From a virus (lineage: Duplodnaviria; Caudoviricetes): a DNA stretch of 48,105 bases. The DNA lies in the IMG/VR virus record IMGVR_UViG_3300045821_000004, positions 1 to 48,105 of that record; one strand, written 5' to 3'. How positions within the stretch are numbered: the first letter of the stretch is position 1; every line of letters begins with the position of its first letter. Below, one piece after another: positions 35,701 to 45,359 of the stretch. The translations under genes were made by a program, and so were the position numbers. The notes under the pieces are model-generated. The model did no database searches. It was not told the DNA's origin and worked only from the letters and a program-made list of their open reading frames with translations.

Positions 35701-36166
35701 CAGTCTCAAGACTACCACCAAGACCAGCACCAAGGACAGCTTGTTTAGCTGTACCTCCTACACCCATAGTTGGAAGTTGCCCAGCAATATCACCAGCAAA
35801 AGAAGCTACAGGATGTTCCTTAGAAGCCTTGTCTAAGTAGTCATTAATAAACTTAGGAGCTATAGCACGTTCTGCAACATCTGCTACACCACCAGCAAGG
35901 ATACCACCTCCTACAGCTCCCACAACACCTCCTATAGGACCACCAAGAGCTGTTCCTAATTCCCCTCCAGCTTCCCTACCACCAAGGGCAGCAGCTCCAG
36001 GAAGAACTGCTTCAGCAACATGAGAAAAGAAAGCCCCAACAGTAGAAGAGTCTTCGTTTGTCTTATCCTTGGCTTTAGATAGGTAAGCCCTAGGGTCAAA
36101 CCCACTCTTAGTAGGCTCACCTTTGCCTGCTTTAGCTAAGTATGCTTGTGGGTCAAAAGAAGCCAT
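32768..36166 (-). CDS. Large internal virion/ejection protein with embedded GNAT domain
   Basis: 1132 aa; Gly/Ala hydrophobic N-terminal region; LPEDLQKQGLGTKIV..SEGFWEKRGY GNAT motifs A/B; last of three ejection-type genes. Confidence 0.75.
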   Translation of the reverse strand: MASFDPQAYLAKAGKGEPTKSGFDPRAYLSKAKDKTNEDSSTVGAFFSHVAEAVLPGAAALGGREAGGELGTALGGPIGGVVGAVGGGILAGGVADVAERAIAPKFINDYLDKASKEHPVASFAGDIAGQLPTMGVGGTAKQAVLGAGLGGSLETAREVVGDEDLSPAKIGMATAAGAVMNKPTSIGRKIQGMIPHKTPVDILHAKQEARGKIPDTLPDHEQTTVQAEKHLDFLNNPPASYHPKDAIDIKNWAIKKLEDPSLQMKEDSPVELEDARATLRVLKDRASNIIKGDQHPSIRGEHGITISRSGGYIDQVLLPEDLQKQGLGTKIVENLEHDIKEEGHTVAFIHAKPKSEGFWEKRGYIRDQNFVDEEGENIPMSKRLDNKPKSTTKENTPRDILHAKQEASEAPKHDEMLHPDLEADPRGMNFKPPTTDQERSDMFYSLDKNKEADLSEHIKTILEPMQKEGVDLEMEKAWRLNEEEGKPLTEEQARLKAKYHDKLEAERKANDDQITKDGKVESKENTEEATGKNVASKRIFKNKMSWWEKVKEKLSSGDQGGLDLNIEKKPEAAMKRSMFVAEFPNGKRVVIQAKANEKMAAKGTHTKVVQWNKGRESPFATVPEWVKPGDKIGEATVVEGTQTEKETHSPYRYNKSYMSVLAERVRQQRDFIRSYRALEALKQDPKWETIAHKIEPGVDVPPGMRTLKYTDKLPELAGYAFENRTAETLEDIARKHNPNALTMMSSVLIKNMMINPLPHMLNEAWHVYNARGLTGWSPVGKHGYNKSGVDRFLKTSLPAMKSVATQDKDFQRLLRKGASFLSANVRNQPIEEALLDRGAQEFITTPEGKELASKWGMKPLDLYNAISKKMSSVMWVARDGMYMQLIQENVKYKGMTEEQAIKAVERHMPAYKIPPRVMGNRKLSEALQNPSLTVFSRYHYGMMKSLTNTVGDIAGKRGMEGFKEGVDSMAAIAVAMSVLYPLQDMIAQAITGNEDSSVRRAGPYHLLHALSDIQEGKKQPYSALASFFTFNPVLLDLAQIAADRQLYNGQQIYNTGDTAENITKDIGGYAAKQVPMISTSLQSEGGSGLWKQVDVIDPSRKQLISEKKTQTKMRVQARNREKREAKQRLHEQ
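34944..35566. repeat. 29-bp perfect direct repeat (34944-34972 and 35538-35566) bracketing the GNAT module
   Basis: CTAGCCTCTTGTTTGGCATGAAGAATATC twice, 594 bp apart (in frame; DILHAKQEA twice). Confidence 0.92.
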
Positions 36167-37500
36167 TAGTGACTACTTCCTTCATGGGTATTCTTCTTCT
36201 TTTTAGAACCAAAAGAGTATCCTGAGTCAGGGCTTTGTATATCCCATTTTTCCTTTTCAGGATGTAAAGCTAATATTTGTTTAGCTTCTGGTGTATCAGG
36301 ATTGGCTTTAGCCCACTCTATAGCTTGCTTGTCTTCGTCATGAGATACAACAACTTCTTTAGTGGCTGGCTCTTCTGTTTTAATACCAGCCTCTTTACTT
36401 ATTTCTTTAGAAACATCTACACCAAGAACAGCCTTATCCATTATATCATCAGCCTTGTCTGCTCGATCTTGAGCAGCTCGAAGTTGGTTTTTAAGAGTTT
36501 CATGTAGAGGATTTGGAGTTTTTCCAAAATCAAACATACCATTCTTCTTGAACTCTGGAGAAAGGTCTAGTTCTTTTTGTATACGAGCTACTTCTCTATG
36601 AGCAATATTAGACAAAGCAGTAGCATGTTTAAAAGTGTCATCAGAAGCTTTAGCTAAAGCCTTTGCATCTTTATTGTTTCCACCAGCCACAATACGAGCA
36701 AGCATCAGTTCTTGTGTCTTCTCTCTAGCAATACCCTGTAGTTCTAATTCAGCAAGACGGTCACTACTTATTTTAGCTTCAAGAATAAGCTTCTTTTCTG
36801 CAAATTGTTCCTTAGCAGATATATTACTTTCAGATACAGACTTAAGAGTCTTAGCTTGGTTCTCATCCCATATCTTTTCATAGGTAGGTTTACCTGTAGC
36901 ATCTGGTTTACCTTTACGAGCCATACCCATCTCTACAAGGTGTTCTCCTACAAACTGATCTCTTTTATCAGCAGGAATATTCTGGGCATCTGCAAGAGCA
37001 TTAATTTCTGGGATAGACTTCTCTATAGCAATGTCTAGGGTCTCTTGACTATTAATAGAAGCTTGAAGAGAAGCTAGATGTTCTATATGTTTCTCTCCTT
37101 CGTTAGCTATATGAAGCTTCTTAGCCTCAATATCTCTATCCATCCTATCAAGATGTAGGTCTATATGGGTCATATCCTCAGGAGCAAGATTCTTATTCTT
37201 ACTTTGAAAATCATCACGCTCCTTCTGGAGTTTCTGAACATCTTGTGTATCTTTTATAAGACCACTATAACCTTTACCAAGGTCTCCTGGTTGAGGGACA
37301 GAAGGACCACCTCCACCTGTAGTGGTGTCATCAGGAGAAGGCTTCATAGAGTCTTGAAGAGCCTTATAACGGTTTACTTCATATTTACTCTTTGCAATGT
37401 CTTCTAAAGACTTAACTTGGTGTGCAGCAACATCTCCACTGGACTCAGCGAGTCCTTGTCCCCAAGCAAGACCAGCACTAGCTGTATCAAATATACTCAT
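36166..37500 (-). CDS. Putative internal virion/ejection protein
   Basis: 444 aa, helical and charged; position between pilot-like gene and large ejection gene. Confidence 0.6.
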   Translation of the reverse strand: MSIFDTASAGLAWGQGLAESSGDVAAHQVKSLEDIAKSKYEVNRYKALQDSMKPSPDDTTTGGGGPSVPQPGDLGKGYSGLIKDTQDVQKLQKERDDFQSKNKNLAPEDMTHIDLHLDRMDRDIEAKKLHIANEGEKHIEHLASLQASINSQETLDIAIEKSIPEINALADAQNIPADKRDQFVGEHLVEMGMARKGKPDATGKPTYEKIWDENQAKTLKSVSESNISAKEQFAEKKLILEAKISSDRLAELELQGIAREKTQELMLARIVAGGNNKDAKALAKASDDTFKHATALSNIAHREVARIQKELDLSPEFKKNGMFDFGKTPNPLHETLKNQLRAAQDRADKADDIMDKAVLGVDVSKEISKEAGIKTEEPATKEVVVSHDEDKQAIEWAKANPDTPEAKQILALHPEKEKWDIQSPDSGYSFGSKKKKNTHEGSSH

Positions 37501-37509
37501 AACTATCCT

Positions 37510-38067
37510 TTACAATGCTGCTGCTACAAGACTATCCATAAGACTACTACCAGCAGCAGAAGTACCCATAGTAGCACCCGATGTACCTAGTATATCTGCT
37601 CCTGTTGCTGTTGTTCCTCCACCACCAAATATACTCCCTATTCCTGACATAGCCCCACTACTATATAAAGCTGAACCTAGTCCAAGTACATTACCAAGAC
37701 CTATCTGTGCAGCCCCATTAGCTCCTGCCATAGCATTAGCAGGATTCTGACCAGCACCAGAGAGAACAGACAACTGACTAATAAGATTGTTAAGAGTGCT
37801 AGTGGCTAGTCCCTGACCTTGGTTAGTCATAGCCATAGTTTCAGCACCACTATTCACTTGTCCCTGAGCAGCAGAAGTACGCTGTTGCTGTTGTTGTCCT
37901 TGTTGTTGAGCAAACTGAAACTGAGGATTCTGGGTAACTGTGGAAGGATTAGACATCAAACCACTAAGCTGACTAGCAGCGGCTCCTCTATAAGGAGAAT
38001 ACGGGTCATAGGCAGCTTGTTGACTACCACTACTTCCTCCAAATACTGCTTGAACTATTCCACCCAT
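37510..38067 (-). CDS. Putative DNA pilot/ejection protein
   Basis: Gly/Ala/Gln/Ser-rich; NPQFQFAQQQG..AAQG..SG pattern. Confidence 0.65.
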   Translation of the reverse strand: MGGIVQAVFGGSSGSQQAAYDPYSPYRGAAASQLSGLMSNPSTVTQNPQFQFAQQQGQQQQQRTSAAQGQVNSGAETMAMTNQGQGLATSTLNNLISQLSVLSGAGQNPANAMAGANGAAQIGLGNVLGLGSALYSSGAMSGIGSIFGGGGTTATGADILGTSGATMGTSAAGSSLMDSLVAAAL

Positions 38068-38068
38068 G

Positions 38069-38398
38069 TTACATTCTCCTCTTTATATATAGGGGATGTC
38101 CTTTAGAATCTACCCCTAGGTATTCAAACTTAAAATATTTAGCTAATGTTTCCACTCTCTTGTTTGTTATTGTAGCATACAAATTGTACAAACCAGTTGT
38201 CTTCCATACATCTCTAAAGAACAGTCTTGTCTTTGCTATCATGTCTTGGTTGTCAACTGACAACAAATGGATGTCATGTTTATACTTATGTACTGTAAAC
38301 AATGTAGTGTCATACCTAAACAACCAATAGTCACCAGACAACAGTTCATCAAGAAGAAGTTGTGGACCAAGTCTATTAGCTATAATTTCCAGACTCAC
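38069..38398 (-). CDS. Hypothetical protein (possible degenerate GNAT-fold tail assembly protein)
   Basis: 109 aa at the position of T7 gp13-like genes; GTG start after tail gene. Confidence 0.5.
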   Translation of the reverse strand: MSLEIIANRLGPQLLLDELLSGDYWLFRYDTTLFTVHKYKHDIHLLSVDNQDMIAKTRLFFRDVWKTTGLYNLYATITNKRVETLAKYFKFEYLGVDSKGHPLYIKRRM

Positions 38399-40515
38399 TA
38401 CCTAATACCTTCTGTTATCTCTGCTTCAAGAGCTTCAAGTCTTATAGGAACATTATTTACTATAGTAATACTGTAAGCTCTACGTTCATCATACCCTTGA
38501 TTATAAGATATTGGCATCTTCTGACTAAGGTCTATGTTACGACTATTAGACCATGTTTGATAGTCATCACCTGAATGCGAAACAGAAGCAGTAGCAAGAC
38601 ACTGGTCTCCAATTAGTTGGACATTATTCCAGAACTTCTTCTTTGTATTTCCACCATCAAACTTGTCTGTAACAATATTAAAGTTTATAGGACCATTACC
38701 ATCTAAATAATAGTTAGTGTGTATAGTATTAAATATACCACCATCTGATAAAGTAAAAACTTGATTGTTAGTAGTTACACAGAATTTAGGAGGAAAATAG
38801 TTATCATTAAAATCAGTCCATTGTGTCCATTCTTTTTCCTTAAGGTCATACACAAAAGAATAGTTGGTGTCTTTTAACACCAAGACATAAAACACATGGC
38901 CCTCTATAGTAAAAGTATAAGCTACAGTATTAGTAAGGGGGTCTGCATTAATAAAACTTTCAATGGCTTTATTACTTATCTTAATAGGTTTGGTTCCTTT
39001 AAGTTCATACACACCTCTACCAGTGGTTCTACTCTGTCCTACCCACATAACAGTTTCAGCAGCTCTAATTTGTACAACACTATTACTAGCAGCACAACCT
39101 ATTTCCATCTTGGCTATATCGTTTCTAGCTAGAGAACTTCCTGGAGGAGCACCACCATTGTCATAGAAATATTCACCAGACCAAGCACCAAAAGCAAGGA
39201 GATATACACTATATTTAACTATAGCAACACCACCATCAGGTTCAGAAGTCTTACTAATATAATTAAGAGCATCCCATGTTGTAGGGTCTTCTACTCTGCT
39301 ACCATATATTCTACCTGTGGTAGTCATTACATAAACACTATTGTCTAAATAGACAGTACCACTAGCTAAGGTAGGAGTAGCTGCTATAGATATTGTAGCA
39401 GTGGCAGTTGCTCCTACACCACTACCTGTAGGGTCTGTTATAGTTACAACAGGTTTAGTATAACTACTTCCTACATTGTTTATAATATATCCTGTAACTA
39501 CACCTGACGTTACTACAGCATTAACATAAGCTCCTGTTCCTGTTGGGTCTGTTATAGTAATAGTAGGTGTACTACTATATCCACTACCTCCATTAGTAAT
39601 GGTAAGAGCTATAATAGTTCCTGCTATTTGGTTAGTAGGGAAACTTAAAGCCCCTGCATCATATATTTGAATAGTAGGAGCTGTATATCCTATACCTCCA
39701 GATACAATATTAAATGATGTTATAGCTCCTGTAGTACTATTAATATTAGGAGTTAACACTGCACCTGTACCTGTAGTGTCATTAACTAACACTTGAATAT
39801 TGTTACTAAAGTATCCAGTACCACCATTAGTAATAGCCACACTAGTAATGGCTGTATTAGCTCCACCTGTTGTAGCTGTTGCTGTAGCACTACTTCCACT
39901 ACCATGTGCTACTATAGAAACAGTAGGACTTGTATAACCACTACCACCACTTATTACAACATACCCAAGAATGATACCAGAGATTCCATCTACAGTGGCA
40001 GTTACTACAGCTCCTGTACCAGTTGGGTCTACAATAGTTACTGTAGGAGCAGTGTAATAACCAGTACCAGCAACACCTATAGATACAGTCTTTATACTAT
40101 TACCTGATATACTTACTGAACCAGATACAAAACCAGTACCTCCTGAGAGAGACCTGAATAGTCCTGTAGCATTATTATATGTGTATGCATTAGTACTGTT
40201 GTGCAGAAACATATAAGGTACATTGGTAGTTTCAGTAAAAGAATATATACCAGAGGTAACACTACCTATAGTTGTACTGTCTGACACATCGTATAAAGTA
40301 TTATTTAATACAGCATAGACTCTGTTCACGGTTTGAAAGTTGTACAAACCTTGTGCAGTAGCAGATGGATAGCCAGTATAAGAAAAGGCCAACCCTGGCC
40401 TTTTAATTACATACTTCTTTTGTCCTTCTGTCTCTATATAACCATTTACAATCTTTGCATCTTTTGCTGTACTATTAGTTCTACTCAAGAGAGGTGTTGC
40501 TAGTGGTATTCTCAT
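38398..40515 (-). CDS. Tail nozzle / P22 gp10-like stabilisation protein with inserted repeat domains
   Basis: KRPGL N-terminus, YTFTIEGHVFYVL..FVYDLKEKEW, SGDDYQTWS; ITNGGSGY-type repeats in the middle. Confidence 0.8.
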   Translation of the reverse strand: MRIPLATPLLSRTNSTAKDAKIVNGYIETEGQKKYVIKRPGLAFSYTGYPSATAQGLYNFQTVNRVYAVLNNTLYDVSDSTTIGSVTSGIYSFTETTNVPYMFLHNSTNAYTYNNATGLFRSLSGGTGFVSGSVSISGNSIKTVSIGVAGTGYYTAPTVTIVDPTGTGAVVTATVDGISGIILGYVVISGGSGYTSPTVSIVAHGSGSSATATATTGGANTAITSVAITNGGTGYFSNNIQVLVNDTTGTGAVLTPNINSTTGAITSFNIVSGGIGYTAPTIQIYDAGALSFPTNQIAGTIIALTITNGGSGYSSTPTITITDPTGTGAYVNAVVTSGVVTGYIINNVGSSYTKPVVTITDPTGSGVGATATATISIAATPTLASGTVYLDNSVYVMTTTGRIYGSRVEDPTTWDALNYISKTSEPDGGVAIVKYSVYLLAFGAWSGEYFYDNGGAPPGSSLARNDIAKMEIGCAASNSVVQIRAAETVMWVGQSRTTGRGVYELKGTKPIKISNKAIESFINADPLTNTVAYTFTIEGHVFYVLVLKDTNYSFVYDLKEKEWTQWTDFNDNYFPPKFCVTTNNQVFTLSDGGIFNTIHTNYYLDGNGPINFNIVTDKFDGGNTKKKFWNNVQLIGDQCLATASVSHSGDDYQTWSNSRNIDLSQKMPISYNQGYDERRAYSITIVNNVPIRLEALEAEITEGIR

Positions 40516-41300
40516 CTCTTTCCATACCTTGCTGTATCAGAAGTAAAATAGGTTGATGTTGCCTCAACACCCCAGTCTTCTACTTCTGTTAAATATTTAG
40601 TAGACTCTTGCAGTATAAGAGAAGCTCTTACTTGGTCTACACCACAATCTAATATCTGGTCTCTTGCAAGATTCCAACCAAGAGCATAATAGGTTTCAGC
40701 AGGAACATCCAGATTGTCTGTTGTTGTATTAATATCGTATATCAAGCGTTGAGTAAGAATGTATACTTGATATGTTGAAGCTGCAACACTGTCAGGTGTT
40801 GTATACATTTTTAAATGGCTCTGGTCTCTTAACACTTCAAGGAATACACTATTGGGAATACCAGTAGAAAGTTTACTACCAAACTCAGTATAGTCATGTT
40901 GACTTATAATTTGTAAAGGTGTGTCCTGATTTGGTGTTGTCTGTACGTTCCTCAAATAAGCCTGTAAGAGTCTCATAGGCTTGTCCACATATGTAAGTGT
41001 GGTAGGGGTAGCTGAGGACAAGTTATAAGCCTGTATAGGGGCTTGTGGACCACTTGTAGAGAGTCCTAGAACATATTTGTTAATATTTGCTTGTAAAGGA
41101 ATAGCTAATGTCTGAATAGTATATATCTTAGTACCCTTAGTTATCCAACTCTTAAGGATAAGATTTAAACTATCTTGGAAGTTCTGATATATGTTAGCAT
41201 CATAGGTAGCACCTGGTTCTAACACACCACACTTACGCATAGCAAATTGTATTATCTGCTGTGCATTGTATGAGAAACTAGTTGTATTTGTAATAGACAT
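40512..41300 (-). CDS. Head-tail adaptor / tail tubular protein
   Basis: IIQFAMRKCGVL..SLNLILKSW..LGWNLA pattern; precedes nozzle. Confidence 0.7.
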   Translation of the reverse strand: MSITNTTSFSYNAQQIIQFAMRKCGVLEPGATYDANIYQNFQDSLNLILKSWITKGTKIYTIQTLAIPLQANINKYVLGLSTSGPQAPIQAYNLSSATPTTLTYVDKPMRLLQAYLRNVQTTPNQDTPLQIISQHDYTEFGSKLSTGIPNSVFLEVLRDQSHLKMYTTPDSVAASTYQVYILTQRLIYDINTTTDNLDVPAETYYALGWNLARDQILDCGVDQVRASLILQESTKYLTEVEDWGVEATSTYFTSDTARYGKR

Positions 41301-42157
41301 TAGAATGTAATTGTTCCGCTAGTTGTCCAAGTGTAAATATAGTTACCACCTACGTTAGTTTGTGTTGGTGAACCTGTAGTGCCTGATGCAAGAGGATATG
41401 TGTTTGGATAACTAATAATTACAATACCACTTCCCCCATTACCACCACTATAAGGCGTACTTGATGTATTGGTTCCACCACCACCTCCACCCCCTAAACC
41501 ATCAGTCCCTGCTACACCAACTCCCCCTGTATCTGACCCACCAGCTCCTCCACCACCTGTACCACCAACTCCATGTGTATACCCAGGTTGTGTTCCACCC
41601 CCACCCCCACCAGCATACAATACTGCTGAACCAGAAATACTAGAAGATAGACCATTACCACCACTAAAACCATAACCACTTCCACCTCCAGTTCCAACAG
41701 AACCAGCTCCGCCTCCGCCTCCTGCAGCACCACCTGCACCTAAACCACCTGCATATCCTTGACCTACTATACCCGTACCAACAGCACCATAAGAAGGAGC
41801 ACCTCCACCTGAACCACCACTACCAGCACCAGCAAGGTAATATGTTCCCCCACCACCTCCACCTGTAGTAGATACAGAAAAGAATACTGAAGAGCTTCCA
41901 TTACTACCAGCACTTCCCCTAAAAGTAGAACCATTACCCCCTGTACCAACTGTTACTGTATATGGTGTACTTGGAGAAACAGAAAGACTAGTACCAGATA
42001 GCATTCCACCAGCACCTCCCCCACCACCTCCAACTCCCCCTGCTATTGAATATCCTCCTCCACCTCCACCAGCAACAACAAGATAGTTTACTGTAGGAGT
42101 AACCCCCCCTCCTCCAGAGGAGTAGTCAGTCATTAACATCTGAACCATAGCACTCAT
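41300..42157 (-). CDS. Glycine-rich domain virion protein (fibre-associated)
   Basis: YLVVAGGGGGG..GGNGGSGIVIISYP..YTWTTSGT; start ATG 42157 overlaps the upstream stop. Confidence 0.8.
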   Translation of the reverse strand: MSAMVQMLMTDYSSGGGGVTPTVNYLVVAGGGGGGYSIAGGVGGGGGGAGGMLSGTSLSVSPSTPYTVTVGTGGNGSTFRGSAGSNGSSSVFFSVSTTGGGGGGTYYLAGAGSGGSGGGAPSYGAVGTGIVGQGYAGGLGAGGAAGGGGGAGSVGTGGGSGYGFSGGNGLSSSISGSAVLYAGGGGGGTQPGYTHGVGGTGGGGAGGSDTGGVGVAGTDGLGGGGGGGTNTSSTPYSGGNGGSGIVIISYPNTYPLASGTTGSPTQTNVGGNYIYTWTTSGTITF

Positions 42158-43086
42158 GTCAATCCGGTTCCAGAGATAACCCAAGTAGTAGAAGCCACCT
42201 TAACAATAGTTGCTAACCCATATTGAGCAATAGTTCTTGTTCCTGTTCCTCCTGTGGGAGTCCACACAAGAGTGTCAGTTGTAATAGGTATAGTACTTGA
42301 GGCACTTGCATTGTAGAATGTCACTGTAGTTCCTACAGGGAACGCTACTGAACCATTTGCAGGGATAGTAAATGTTCCTGCACTAGACATATAGATGTGC
42401 TTACCAGCATCACCAAGTACAAGAGTATATCCTGCTGCCTGACTATTCTGTGGTATATTTAAATAGCCAATAGAAGCAGAAGCAGGAGGAAACGTCATTG
42501 TGGTACTATCTGTACCAGCAAGAGTTAATGTATTATTTGCAGTAAGAGTCTTAGCAGCAGCTATAGTAAGAACACCTGTACCTGCTGTAAATGTATTACC
42601 ATTGTATGTCTTATTTGTTAGAGCCTGACTATCTGATACTCCAACAATAGTACTTGTAGGAGCAGAAAGAGTTGTACCCCATGAAGTACCACTTGTGACA
42701 ACAGCAATACCTGTACCAGATGGATAGGTCATACTACCACCTGGAGATGCAAAGGTTCCATCACCACGTAAGAAGGTAGTTGTATTATTAGGAGGTGTAG
42801 GAACTGCTCCCCCAACTGTAGCAGTCATAGCAGGGAGGTCTGAATTAATTGCTGCTACTAAAGAACCACTAGACCCCTTAAGAACTCCTGTTATAGAAGT
42901 AGAAAGAGAAATAGCAGGAGTTGTTGTAGGTGTTGCTACAGTACCACTAAAACCATTAGCAGTTGTAACAGAAGCAGAAGTTACTGTTCCTACTCCTATA
43001 GGTGTAGTATAAACAAAGTTGTTTACATCATTAAGCCAAGAGGCTTTAATGGGTGTAACATAGTCTACAAAGACAGTTGAGGTCAT
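42154..43086 (-). CDS. Tail fibre protein
   Basis: Start ATG 43086; Thr/Gly-rich, TFLRGDGTF, YTLVLGDAGK..FPVGT..WVISG; anchor shared with tailspike. Confidence 0.8.
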   Translation of the reverse strand: MTSTVFVDYVTPIKASWLNDVNNFVYTTPIGVGTVTSASVTTANGFSGTVATPTTTPAISLSTSITGVLKGSSGSLVAAINSDLPAMTATVGGAVPTPPNNTTTFLRGDGTFASPGGSMTYPSGTGIAVVTSGTSWGTTLSAPTSTIVGVSDSQALTNKTYNGNTFTAGTGVLTIAAAKTLTANNTLTLAGTDSTTMTFPPASASIGYLNIPQNSQAAGYTLVLGDAGKHIYMSSAGTFTIPANGSVAFPVGTTVTFYNASASSTIPITTDTLVWTPTGGTGTRTIAQYGLATIVKVASTTWVISGTGLT

Positions 43087-43481
43087 TCTACATATCCAAT
43101 AATAGAGTAGCCAGTAATGGCATACCAGACAATACAAGTATCTACAAGAGTTTCTTCTGGTATAAAAGAAGGTGGAGGAACAAGACCAGGGTCTACACTA
43201 TTACTAGCTATAGCACAACCAGCAGAAGCATAACCAGCTATGGAAGACCTAGTAGAACAAGCTAGTATAAAGTTGTCAGATGGTTCTGGTCTGCTCCAAG
43301 GTACTGCTTGTATATCTATCTTAGCTCTTACAAAGTCTTGTGGCTGACGTGGTTCCCAATCAGAGTCACACACCATAAGACCATCCCACCTTTTCTTGAG
43401 TTGGGAGGCTTGAAACTTGCGACCACAAGAGTCACAAAGAGCAAGCCAATCCCCTCGTTCATAGGTAGGACTTTTAGCCAT
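43083..43481 (-). CDS. Cys-containing structural-region protein
   Basis: CDSCG..LKKRWDGLMVC..WEPRQPQ. Confidence 0.7.
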   Translation of the reverse strand: MAKSPTYERGDWLALCDSCGRKFQASQLKKRWDGLMVCDSDWEPRQPQDFVRAKIDIQAVPWSRPEPSDNFILACSTRSSIAGYASAGCAIASNSVDPGLVPPPSFIPEETLVDTCIVWYAITGYSIIGYVE

Positions 43482-43521
43482 TACAGTACAGAGGCTTTTA
43501 GAGCATCAATCTTATTAGACA

Positions 43522-44181
43522 TTAGATTTGTTTAATAAGTTTAATAGTAACAGAAAAGGATAAAATGGCACTAGCAGACCATCCTTGTGAGGTAGCTACA
43601 ATACGACCAGTAGCACCAGCAGGAAACCCACCATATAGAGTTGAAGAGTTTACATTACCATATTTGATATAGTCCATCTTACCCCTACCTACCAACTCCT
43701 CAATACGAACATTAGCAGTTGCTTCCCAGAATAAGTTAATAGAAAGCAAGTCTTCAATGTTAATATCAATACGTTCAATACCAAAGTGACCAGCAGGGGT
43801 CTTAGTGGCATTGTCTATGGCAGCAAGAAGAGCTGGGTCAGCTACAACCACAGCACCAGCCACAAGAGTGAAGGTCCAACCAGTACCACCTGTAGTAACA
43901 TTATTATTTAATGCTACAGAAGTAGTACTGATGATGGCGGTAATATATGTGTTAGCAGGGAGTCCTGTACCTGTACCACTTGCAGCAGTAACATACTGTC
44001 CCACAAGGGGAGCCAAAGCCCCCGCTGTGAAACTAATAATATTACTGGCTGAAGTAGTAACCCCTACAGTACCTAAAGTACCAGCAGCGGCTATGTCTGA
44101 GGTATCTAGGATACCTTCAAACTTAATAACAGTATGACGAGGACCATCCAATATTACTTGAGTGGTTGCACTATTAGCCAT
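43522..44181 (-). CDS. Putative virion structural protein
   Basis: 219 aa, Thr/Gly/Ala-rich beta protein in capsid operon. Confidence 0.65.
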   Translation of the reverse strand: MANSATTQVILDGPRHTVIKFEGILDTSDIAAAGTLGTVGVTTSASNIISFTAGALAPLVGQYVTAASGTGTGLPANTYITAIISTTSVALNNNVTTGGTGWTFTLVAGAVVVADPALLAAIDNATKTPAGHFGIERIDINIEDLLSINLFWEATANVRIEELVGRGKMDYIKYGNVNSSTLYGGFPAGATGRIVATSQGWSASAILSFSVTIKLIKQI

Positions 44182-45359
44182 TAGTTATACTCCGAACCTA
44201 CTTGAATGTTATCAATTACCATAACATTGGTAGCAGCAGTATTCAAAGAATATCCAACAGCAGGGTTAAGAGCAACCATAGGCATGATGTTATCAAAGGC
44301 TCCACTCTGAGGAAGAACAGGAGCAATGGAAGTAGTCATGCTTGCATTGGTAGCAAAGAAACTATTACCAGCAGTTGCAGTACCACCAGCAGCAAGAGTA
44401 GCAGTTCCTTGAATACCAATAGAAGCTACTAGCTTACCATTGACACCAACATACAAAGTACCCTTACCATTGTAATACAAGGAAAGGTCAATCCAATGGT
44501 TTACTTCATTAGTAAAGGCTGTGTAACCAGTTCCACCTATATGAGTCAAATATGGTGCATACAAAGCACCACTTTGAATTTGTACATAAGCCTGTGCTAT
44601 AGGAGCACTACCACCAGTACCAAGCAAACGAACCAGAGGTGCTTGTGCATAACCACTACCAGCAGTTCCTACAGCAATGGAAGTAAACTTGTTACCAGAA
44701 CCAGCAGTAGTGAGAGTACCACCAAAGGAAGTAGTGTCACCAAAGATACCACTTGGTCTTGCCAAATCTGCAATATTGTTAATGGTTGTAGTTACTGTAG
44801 AACCAGTGAGACCTGTATTCTTAATAACCAAATTGACAGCAGAAGCTACAGTGTTCTTAGTTCCAGGAAGTTCAAAGTAGACACCATTAGTAATAGTACC
44901 TGTTGGGTCTGTAATATCAATCAGACCAAACCGAGCTAATGTAGTAGCATCACCTGCTGACAAAGCACCACCAGCAGCAGAATATGAACCAATGAAAGAG
45001 TTGTTAAGAGCTACTTGAACATTAAACCATACCTGATTTCCAGGAATGAATTGTATGTTCTGTCCAGTAGCAATGTTACCATTATAAGCAATACCTGCTT
45101 TACCACCAGAGGCAGTTGTAACCGCAAGAGAAGTACTACCACCATTAAACCCTACACCAGTGTTAGTACCTTGAGCACCAAGACCTGCTGTGATGGTTGC
45201 TGTAGTATTTGTTACAGTGAATTCCCCAGCAAGGAAGGGACTCATTTCCTGTGTAACAACCGAAGTTTGATTTTGGCTAGGGACAGAGGGGAAGGTATTT
45301 AAGACTTGATTAGGTTTGAATGTACTAATACCTGCGGGAAGACGTGTCGGTGCAACCAT
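44181..45359 (-). CDS. Putative virion structural (decoration) protein
   Basis: AAGGAG RBS; 392 aa; PTRLPAGI N-terminus; beta-rich. Confidence 0.65.
   Translation of the reverse strand: MVAPTRLPAGISTFKPNQVLNTFPSVPSQNQTSVVTQEMSPFLAGEFTVTNTTATITAGLGAQGTNTGVGFNGGSTSLAVTTASGGKAGIAYNGNIATGQNIQFIPGNQVWFNVQVALNNSFIGSYSAAGGALSAGDATTLARFGLIDITDPTGTITNGVYFELPGTKNTVASAVNLVIKNTGLTGSTVTTTINNIADLARPSGIFGDTTSFGGTLTTAGSGNKFTSIAVGTAGSGYAQAPLVRLLGTGGSAPIAQAYVQIQSGALYAPYLTHIGGTGYTAFTNEVNHWIDLSLYYNGKGTLYVGVNGKLVASIGIQGTATLAAGGTATAGNSFFATNASMTTSIAPVLPQSGAFDNIMPMVALNPAVGYSLNTAATNVMVIDNIQVGSEYN

Noticed and set aside
41461-41949. Pro-rich, His-rich and Val-rich ORFs
   Set aside because: Alternative-frame and antisense shadows of the glycine-rich gene.
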